IMG/VR virus record: IMGVR_UViG_3300033183_000491
Span: 175,551-239,550 of that record
Direction: 5' to 3' (one strand)
Length of the DNA: 64,000 bases
The notes below the pieces were generated by a model that saw only the letters and a list, made by a program, of their open reading frames with translations, had not been told where the DNA came from and made no database searches. A program made the position numbers and the translations under genes. Below are positions 57,562-64,000 of the stretch, piece after piece; position 1 is the first letter of the stretch; each line of letters begins with the position of its first letter.

Positions 57562-57843
57562 ATGATCAATCTACAAAAAATTTATTTTGATGGTCAAGGA
57601 TACGCAAACGCTTCTAAAAATCTAGATCCTTATTTTTCTAACGAAGAATATGTTGAAGCATCTAGATATAATTTTACACCTGTCGAAAGTATTGAGTTTA
57701 TTAATAACTCTTTTTGTAATATTACTTTGTATGATGGAAAAAAGTTTGAAGGAATCAGTATAAGTCATTTGTATACAGATATTTCTTCTAATAATTCTTT
57801 AAAAGAAGAATCAGACTTTTTAAGCCCATGTAGACTTAATTAA
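57562..57843 (+). CDS. Hypothetical protein
   Basis: Promoter 57515, AAGGAG SD. Confidence 0.6.
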   Translation: MINLQKIYFDGQGYANASKNLDPYFSNEEYVEASRYNFTPVESIEFINNSFCNITLYDGKKFEGISISHLYTDISSNNSLKEESDFLSPCRLN

Positions 57844-58037
57844 TGAATGAAACATGGATACCAGTTATTGTAGACTATATCTACACAAAAAAAGGTAAAA
57901 AAGAAAATTTATTTGCACATGCAAAACGTATAGAAAACCCTAATAACTTTAATAGAACTTATTATCAAGTTATAATACCAGAACTTGATTATATGATTTC
58001 ATCAATAGTAATTGAAAAGATTAAAAAATTTTTATGA
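57843..58037 (+). CDS. Hypothetical protein
   Basis: TAATG coupling. Confidence 0.5.
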   Translation: MNETWIPVIVDYIYTKKGKKENLFAHAKRIENPNNFNRTYYQVIIPELDYMISSIVIEKIKKFL

Positions 58038-58151
58038 GCGAAAACAATCTAAAACTAATGTCGTTATTATTTTTCTGTTTAACATTTATTCCTGTAGCAT
58101 TTGTTTTCACAGGAACATTTATTACTCTAGTGTTAAGTTTATTTAATTAAT

Positions 58152-58391
58152 ATGAAAAACGAAGATATAAAAATATTCTTTAAAAGAATTAAGTATTTAA
58201 GGCTTACATCTGAAGAGAGAACAAGAATGTTAAATAAGATTCAAGTTAGAGGATGTAATAAGAAAAACAAGATAATGACTTATAAAGAATTCACCAGTCT
58301 TTTAAAGAACAATAAAGGAAGGATTAATTCTCTTGTTTTAGGTCCTAAATGGAACAGGTTAGTTTTTGTAGATATTAATATAAAGGTTTAA
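58152..58391 (+). CDS. Basic hypothetical protein
   Basis: 79 aa ORF. Confidence 0.5.
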   Translation: MKNEDIKIFFKRIKYLRLTSEERTRMLNKIQVRGCNKKNKIMTYKEFTSLLKNNKGRINSLVLGPKWNRLVFVDINIKV

Positions 58392-58392
58392 T

Positions 58393-58671
58393 ATGGACAA
58401 CAAAGAAGAATACGATGATTCTATTGAAGAAATAATCAAAGAATCTATGGATAACAATCCTATAATGATTATTTCAGTTGACAAAGATGGATCTGTTGCT
58501 TTAATGACAACAGGTAATATAACAAAAATACAAAATGATGTTTGTACTAAAATGCTTATAACAGTCGGAAGTCATTCAATAGTATTATCAGTTGTTTTAT
58601 GGTTAGAAATCGTTTTTGAAAAATTTCTATACAATTGCTCAGAATTCATTAAAAATTTTAAGTCTCATTAG
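58393..58671 (+). CDS. Hypothetical protein
   Basis: AAGG SD. Confidence 0.55.
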   Translation: MDNKEEYDDSIEEIIKESMDNNPIMIISVDKDGSVALMTTGNITKIQNDVCTKMLITVGSHSIVLSVVLWLEIVFEKFLYNCSEFIKNFKSH

Positions 58672-58717
58672 TGTAATTAATAATTTATTAGTTTATAATA
58701 AGGTATAAGGAGAGATT

Positions 58718-59275
58718 ATGTCGAAAAATTCATTTAAAAAAGAAATCCGTGAAAGATATAATGGACGTGGCAATGCTTGGGTTAGAGTAGAAAAAGATAC
58801 TCCATCATATTCTAAAATAATCGATAATCTTGTTAGTATTGGGCAAGAAAAATCAGAATATGTAAATCACATTGAAAGAGAAGGTTATGCTTGGATAAGA
58901 TTTCTAAAACCAGAAGGGACTTCAGAAAATCCTGAATGTAAATTTGAAATTAGATATAGAGGTTCAAAAGAAATTCATCTAGATTCATTTATAAACTTTA
59001 GCGATGAAATCTCAAGGCAATTTAAGTTTCTTGGTAATACTCCTTTTAAGCTTCAACTTGAAACTGAGCCTGACAAGCGGAAATCTAAAGTTATAAATAA
59101 AAACTCTTTAGGAAAGACAAAGACTCAAGACAAAAAAGAAGAGACATTATCTATTAACGAAGAAAAAGAAATAAAGATTATTAAAGAAGCTGCCTTAACA
59201 CAAGCTTCTAGTGAAGAACTTGAAGAGTGGTATGAATTCTTAAAAATAAATAACCTTTACGAAGAAAATGTTTAA
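58718..59275 (+). CDS. Early paralog family member 4 (most divergent)
   Basis: YNGRGNAWVRV...GYAWIRF...FEIRYRGS...LGNTPFKLQLE; promoter 58671. Confidence 0.72.
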   Translation: MSKNSFKKEIRERYNGRGNAWVRVEKDTPSYSKIIDNLVSIGQEKSEYVNHIEREGYAWIRFLKPEGTSENPECKFEIRYRGSKEIHLDSFINFSDEISRQFKFLGNTPFKLQLETEPDKRKSKVINKNSLGKTKTQDKKEETLSINEEKEIKIIKEAALTQASSEELEEWYEFLKINNLYEENV

Positions 59276-59536
59276 TGATTTTATTTTTCTTATGGTTAAC
59301 ATTAGTAATTCTATTTACAGAACATGATCAATCGTATTTTAAAACTCTAGCAATAATAACAACAAACTTTATCTTTTTTATATGTTCGATTTAATTATCA
59401 TTACAATTTTCGTTTTAATTTTTAGCTATCTTCATAGCTTTCATAACAATAGAAAAAGAAGTGATATATACTTTATTTTTCTAATCACAGAAATAACTTT
59501 AATTTACAGCTATCTTAGCATTAAGTAAGGAAAACA

Positions 59537-59872
59537 ATGAGTACAAAATGGGGTGAAGTTAGAAATGGAGATTCTGTATATTTCAAAGGAAAAACAGGAA
59601 CAGGATCAGTTGTTAAAACAAAAAGTCATGGAAGATATTTCATGCCAGCGAAAGTTGGAATGAGAATTAAAGGTGAAATTAAACCAATTATTAAAGATGA
59701 AAGATTTGTTTATTCAGGGTCAAAAGTCCAATCATACGAAGGAACTGATAGGATTGTTAAATGCTTAATCACAAGAGTATCAGACAATACAATCGTAGCT
59801 ATTAGTGAAAAACAATTTATGAGATACTTTTATAAAACTAATCAAAGTAATCTTGGAGGACCAAATATTTAA
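59537..59872 (+). CDS. Hypothetical protein
   Basis: AAGGA SD. Confidence 0.6.
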   Translation: MSTKWGEVRNGDSVYFKGKTGTGSVVKTKSHGRYFMPAKVGMRIKGEIKPIIKDERFVYSGSKVQSYEGTDRIVKCLITRVSDNTIVAISEKQFMRYFYKTNQSNLGGPNI

Positions 59873-60145
59873 ATGAATAATGATCTTGTGAAATATTTCT
59901 ATTTAACTTGCTTAGTTATTTTTTTTAACATGTCATGTGTTCCAAAAAACCAGTATGACATTCTCTTGAAAGAAAAAAGAGATCTTGAAGAGAGAATTGA
60001 TTATCACAGAACAGTTCAAAGAGAATATGACAATCTAGATTTTAAATATAGAAATCTTATGTTTGATTTAGATATCTGTAATAACAAGATAAGATCTTTA
60101 GATACAAAACTTATTGAATGTTTAAATACGAAAGAATGTAAATAA
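59873..60145 (+). CDS. Putative lipoprotein with coiled coil
   Basis: FNMSCVPK..Y pattern. Confidence 0.55.
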   Translation: MNNDLVKYFYLTCLVIFFNMSCVPKNQYDILLKEKRDLEERIDYHRTVQREYDNLDFKYRNLMFDLDICNNKIRSLDTKLIECLNTKECK

Positions 60146-60415
60146 TTGGATAATTCTGATATTAAACCAGGTGATATGTTATGGGTAACTTTAAAAGGAC
60201 CTGATCAAAATTATGGTTATGGGGAAGTTATTGAAGTCTGGAAAGATGATGAATCAGGAGAAATTTATTATGATTTTCATTGCTTAGTAAATGGTGGTCA
60301 AAGAGTAGGTTGCGTTTCTAATATTATTGAGAAACCTAATATGAGAATGGAGAGTAAATTACTTCAATCAAGAAAAGAATACAAAGAAGTAATGAAAGAA
60401 AAATATAAGTTTTAG
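60146..60415 (+). CDS. SH3-like hypothetical protein
   Basis: IKPGDMLWV...YGEVIEV. Confidence 0.55.
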   Translation: MDNSDIKPGDMLWVTLKGPDQNYGYGEVIEVWKDDESGEIYYDFHCLVNGGQRVGCVSNIIEKPNMRMESKLLQSRKEYKEVMKEKYKF

Positions 60416-60474
60416 AATTCTTTTTCAGATTTATTAATATACTATTATAACTTACAATCTTCGAGGAATAGAAA

Positions 60475-60759
60475 ATGACAAAATGTAAAAGATGCACATC
60501 ATGTACAGCAGGTATTATGTGTCAATGTGGAAAATCAAAAGATATGAAAAATTCAAACGTAGATCACCCTACACACTATTTAAAAGATTCTGGTCATGAA
60601 GTTATTGACGTCATTAAGGCATGGAAATTAAATTTTCATTTAGGAAATGCAATTAAATATATTGCTCGTGCAGGGTTGAAAAACCCAGACAAGAAAATAG
60701 AAGATTTAGAAAAAGCAATCTGGTATATTAAAGACGAAATAAATTCAAGCAAAAACTAA
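60475..60759 (+). CDS. DUF3310-family protein (putative nucleotide kinase)
   Basis: VDHPTHY...GNAIKYIARAG.K...EDLEKAIWYI. Confidence 0.88.
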   Translation: MTKCKRCTSCTAGIMCQCGKSKDMKNSNVDHPTHYLKDSGHEVIDVIKAWKLNFHLGNAIKYIARAGLKNPDKKIEDLEKAIWYIKDEINSSKN

Positions 60760-60805
60760 TATTTAGTCTCTTACACATATATAAAAGTAAACGTAGGAGA
60801 CGAAA

Positions 60806-61021
60806 ATGATAGTTATTAAAAAAATAATATGGGACTTTTCAGGTACAGAGTTTGAGGATTGTGATTATGAAGAATCAAGGAAAATTGCAGTCTTGCCTAA
60901 AAAACTTAAAATCAAAGAAGAAGATTTAGATTCAGACGCAGAAATCGAAGATGTTATTGAATTCTTAGAAGAAACTTACAACTTTTCTGTCGAGTCAATA
61001 ATAACAGACCAAGATGACTAA
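60806..61021 (+). CDS. Acidic hypothetical protein
   Basis: AGGAG SD; resembles 35403..35693. Confidence 0.6.
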   Translation: MIVIKKIIWDFSGTEFEDCDYEESRKIAVLPKKLKIKEEDLDSDAEIEDVIEFLEETYNFSVESIITDQDD

Positions 61022-61068
61022 TGTGTATTTAAATTTATTTTTGATTATAATATCCTATAGGAGATATT

Positions 61069-61617
61069 ATGAAAGAAAAAATAAAAGAAAAATTCTCTGG
61101 TGTTAAACATAAATGGATATATTATCACATTGATTCTCAAAACTTTCACGTGATATTAAATAAAATTTCAGCTGCAGTCCACAATAAAGAAATAAATAGT
61201 AAATCTGCTATTAATCTTATTAAATGTTTTAAGCATCAAGAGAAAGTTTTCTTAAAGTTTATTAAGACTGTTGGAAGGAAAAACTTTTCATGTGAATGTC
61301 AAATTATAGACAAAGAAAACAACAAACTAACTATATCACTTGATCCTAAAACGTTATTAGACTCTTATAATTTAGATGGAACTCCTAAGTCTTTAAAACT
61401 TTATAAAACTAACGAAAAATCTAAAAACAACTGGAAAAAACCAGATGATGGATTTAATGATCCTATATCATATCCTAATGTTGAAGAAGAGTTAACAGAA
61501 CTAGGATACAAAATGTATAAAGACTGGACTGAAGAGGTTGCATCTTCAGGTCTTAGTAGTATTGATTATTATAGAAAAATTTGTGGGACAGACAAATATT
61601 ATCCAAGGAGTAAATAA
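61069..61617 (+). CDS. Hypothetical protein
   Basis: Promoter 61023, AGGAG SD. Confidence 0.65.
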   Translation: MKEKIKEKFSGVKHKWIYYHIDSQNFHVILNKISAAVHNKEINSKSAINLIKCFKHQEKVFLKFIKTVGRKNFSCECQIIDKENNKLTISLDPKTLLDSYNLDGTPKSLKLYKTNEKSKNNWKKPDDGFNDPISYPNVEEELTELGYKMYKDWTEEVASSGLSSIDYYRKICGTDKYYPRSK

Positions 61618-61808
61618 TGGCTATTTGCAATAAATGCTACAATGAATATTCAGACAAGAGAAAAAACTTAGGATATAAAATCTGTCTTGAATGTGGTGAT
61701 AAAAAAGCTCAAATTGAAATTAATAAAAAATCTAACTATATTGCACCTCTCTATAATAAAGGATCATATCAATATATTGGAACAATTGATACGTTAAAAA
61801 ACATTTAA
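61617..61808 (+). CDS. Small Zn-finger protein
   Basis: CNKC...CLECGD...YNKGSYQY. Confidence 0.65.
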   Translation: MAICNKCYNEYSDKRKNLGYKICLECGDKKAQIEINKKSNYIAPLYNKGSYQYIGTIDTLKNI

Positions 61809-61845
61809 ATTTAATATTTATCATAGAATTTAAAAGAGATATAAA

Positions 61846-62322
61846 ATGTCTAGAAACTGGAAAACAGGTAAAAGAGAAATCATAAACTTCAGTGATATTT
61901 GTAATATCCTTGAAGAAGTATCAAAATCAAAAAATCATAAAATTATAATTGGTTCTGATAGTGTTAAACTTGGATATGATTTTATTTTTACAAAGGCAAT
62001 ATGTATTCTTAATAAAGACTTCTATGATAGAAGATATTTTTATTTTAGAGACAAAATAAAAGATGATTCTTATTTAGACTTATCTAAAAGACTATTAAAA
62101 GAAACATCTGATTCTTTAGACCTAGCAATTAAATTAAAAGATAAATTTAATAATGCAAACATAGAAATCCATGCGGATGTTAATCCTGACTCAAAACATA
62201 TGTCTTCTAAATATAAAAACATGATATCAGGGTATATACAAGGTTGTGGATTCGAAGTAAAGGTTAAACCTAATTCTTTTGTTGCATCATCTATTGCAGA
62301 CCAACATACAAGAAAAAGATAG
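61846..62322 (+). CDS. RNase H-like YkuK/DUF458-family protein
   Basis: IIIGSDS, EIHADVN, KVKPNSFVASSIAD. Confidence 0.8.
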   Translation: MSRNWKTGKREIINFSDICNILEEVSKSKNHKIIIGSDSVKLGYDFIFTKAICILNKDFYDRRYFYFRDKIKDDSYLDLSKRLLKETSDSLDLAIKLKDKFNNANIEIHADVNPDSKHMSSKYKNMISGYIQGCGFEVKVKPNSFVASSIADQHTRKR

Positions 62323-62547
62323 ATGAATCATTTTATTATCGAAGTTAAAGATACAGATTATGTCTTGGGCTTCGATATATATGATCCAAAAAAATGTATA
62401 GTAAATTATAAAATTAAATCAGGGTTTTATCTAGCATTCTATCACGATCTAGATATATTTGATATTGAAGAAGATTTAATCTATTTTCTATATGACAAAA
62501 AAGTTTTAATGATTAGAAAAAGCTTAGCTAATTTACTAGCAATTTAA
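62323..62547 (+). CDS. Hypothetical protein
   Basis: Abuts upstream stop. Confidence 0.5.
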   Translation: MNHFIIEVKDTDYVLGFDIYDPKKCIVNYKIKSGFYLAFYHDLDIFDIEEDLIYFLYDKKVLMIRKSLANLLAI

Positions 62548-62590
62548 AAAGAGATCAAGCCTACTTATAATATCTATATGGAGGTTTAAT

Positions 62591-62842
62591 ATGACGAAAT
62601 TAGTTTTTACGTTTTCTAATGATAATACTTTATTTGATGTTGGAAATAATAATAAAATAATTGTAATCGAGAATATTTCCAATGATTATAAAGAAGAAAT
62701 ATATGATATATTCGAACAGAATATCTTGACTTATGAAGAAATTAAAAATCTAGTTGAAAGCTGGGGTGGTAATATAGAAATGTATCTCTTAAACCAGCTT
62801 ATAAGTTTTTATAAAAAAAGTGAAGATAAGGGGTGTTCATAA
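62591..62842 (+). CDS. Hypothetical protein
   Basis: GGAGG SD. Confidence 0.6.
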   Translation: MTKLVFTFSNDNTLFDVGNNNKIIVIENISNDYKEEIYDIFEQNILTYEEIKNLVESWGGNIEMYLLNQLISFYKKSEDKGCS

Positions 62843-62890
62843 TAAAATTTGTGTCTAAATTATACATAACATAAATTTAAAGGAGAAATT

Positions 62891-63256
62891 ATGTCAATCA
62901 CAAATTTAGACACAGTTGTTAATTCTTTCTTAAGAGACTTTGATATGTATAATAAAAATACCAGCTCTTTATATACATATAAAATTTATGCAAAAGACAA
63001 TGATATTATCTTTAAATGCTTAGCACCAGGAATGTCTAAAGAAGATTTTGACATTTCTTTTGACAGCAAAAAATTATTTATTAAATCTCAGAAAGATTCT
63101 GGAGACAAAGACTTTAAAACTTCTTTTAATGAGTCTATTAATCTCTATAAAAAAATAGATGTAGATAATAGTTATGCCGATTTATCTAAAGGGATTCTCA
63201 CTATTACTATGCCTTTAGATAAGTCAATACATAAAAAGAAAATATCTTTTAGATAA
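62891..63256 (+). CDS. Small heat-shock protein (Hsp20/alpha-crystallin)
   Basis: LAPGMSKEDFDISF...LFIKS...ADLSKGILTITMP. Confidence 0.85.
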   Translation: MSITNLDTVVNSFLRDFDMYNKNTSSLYTYKIYAKDNDIIFKCLAPGMSKEDFDISFDSKKLFIKSQKDSGDKDFKTSFNESINLYKKIDVDNSYADLSKGILTITMPLDKSIHKKKISFR

Positions 63257-63274
63257 TATAAATTATTCTTAAAT

Positions 63275-63303
63275 AAAAAAACCAGCTTAAAGCTGGTTTT
63301 TTT
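63275..63303. terminator. Bidirectional intrinsic terminator
   Basis: A7-CCAGCT-TAA-AGCTGG-T7 between convergent genes. Confidence 0.85.
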
Positions 63304-63326
63304 GTATCTAAATTTAGATATATTTA

Positions 63327-63557
63327 TTATCTTGAACTATATAAAACCTCATGACCTTCAGTTATTTCTATTGATTCTATATTGTCTTCTAAAGATCCTA
63401 CATAACCTATACCATCTATATAAAGTTCGCAATCAGATGAATATAGCTTTGCTCCATATTTATCTAATAAAACTCTTAGATCACTTAAAAAATTAGTAAT
63501 CTTGTCGCTAGATGATGATCCTAGAACTACAACTTCTTCTTTAAACCCTGATGTCAT
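63327..63557 (-). CDS. Hypothetical protein
   Basis: Start revised to MTSGF (AAAGG SD). Confidence 0.55.
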   Translation of the reverse strand: MTSGFKEEVVVLGSSSSDKITNFLSDLRVLLDKYGAKLYSSDCELYIDGIGYVGSLEDNIESIEITEGHEVLYSSR

Positions 63558-64000
63558 TGTTACCTTTCTTTCTTGTTTTATAAATATTGACAAATTCCTG
63601 GAATTGTAAAAGCAATAAAATATGCAACAGCTAAATAAATTGGTGCATTTGTTTGATTGTTGTTTATCATAATAAACTCCTTTTTTGTGATGTAATTATA
63701 TCTAAAAAAGTCATTTATTATATAAAATTTATATTATTATTAGACATTGACAAAATATTGTTATCAATAAGGATTTTAAACCACTTAAGATTATCAGACG
63801 TAATATAGTCACATTCACACAGAACAATACAGACTTTCCCTTTCCAAGATCCATTATTTATTATTCCTAATCTATTAGCTGACTTGAGTTTCATACGTCT
63901 TGTTTCGTCAATCTCAGTCTAGACACTAAACGAATATAATAGCGATTATGACAATTATAAACACCCAAAATAAATTCTCTCTTCTATTTTGATCACAACC

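Larger units (their letters stand above)
30705..61051 (+). promoter_or_regulatory. Dispersed early-type promoter family GTGTA(A/T/C)-N17-TATAAT, often followed by AAACCA(T/C)AAGG
   Basis: Exact 17-nt spacing at 30705, 30850, 31011, 31904, 32667, 33044, 33624, 33956, 34263, 34525, 35309, 35714, 36929, 37156, 37834, 38295, 40969, 41976, 43202, 44046, 45481, 46469, 47935, 49742, 50326, 52251, 57515, 58671, 61023; variants at 39383, 40062, 40431, 55085. Confidence 0.88.

Noticed and set aside
30705-61051. Repeated TATAATAAACCATAAGG units as a CRISPR array
   Set aside because: Spacing is irregular (0.15-5 kb), intervals contain genes, copies are degenerate with fixed -35/-10 geometry, and no cas genes are present
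1-64000. Stop-codon reassignment (common in some large phages)
   Set aside because: Known-family genes are full length under code 11, and TAG/TGA occur at sensible ends; the single internal stop found is TAA
1-64000. Eukaryotic giant virus or bacterial chromosome origin
   Set aside because: SD sites, sigma70-like promoters, lipoproteins, tail-fibre modules and dense small ORFans fit a phage; no housekeeping operons or NCLDV core genes seen

Overview
AT-rich segment of a large (jumbo-type) bacteriophage genome, probably infecting a Gram-negative host (inferred from sigma70-like -10 boxes, Shine-Dalgarno sites, lipoproteins and an outer-membrane beta-barrel gene). The left arm (1-29.8 kb, mostly minus strand) holds tail-fibre/adhesin-like genes, a duplicated cassette of small fibre-tip-like genes, PIN-PhoH, a stand-alone sigma region-4 protein, an Hc1-like protein, a degenerate GroEL-like protein, Nudix, a DinG helicase, a class III nucleotide cyclase, a T4-type lysozyme, a DUF481-like barrel and a kinase-fold protein. 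A ~1.4 kb non-coding, strongly strand-skewed divergence region (29.8-31.2 kb) separates it from the right arm. The right arm (31.2-63.3 kb, plus strand) is an early/host-takeover-like region of ~90 short ORFs punctuated by 29 copies of a GTGTA(A/T/C)-N17-TATAAT promoter-like motif. It also carries a four-member paralog family, an Rnl1-type RNA ligase, a PD-(D/E)XK nuclease, 7 CCA-less tRNAs (including Ile-UAU), an intact adenosylhomocysteinase (ahcY), a deaminase, a nucleotidyltransferase, DUF3310, a YkuK-like RNase H and Hsp20. No CRISPR array, integrase, reverse transcriptase or rRNA was seen. Family assignments come from motif recognition by eye, not from database searches.
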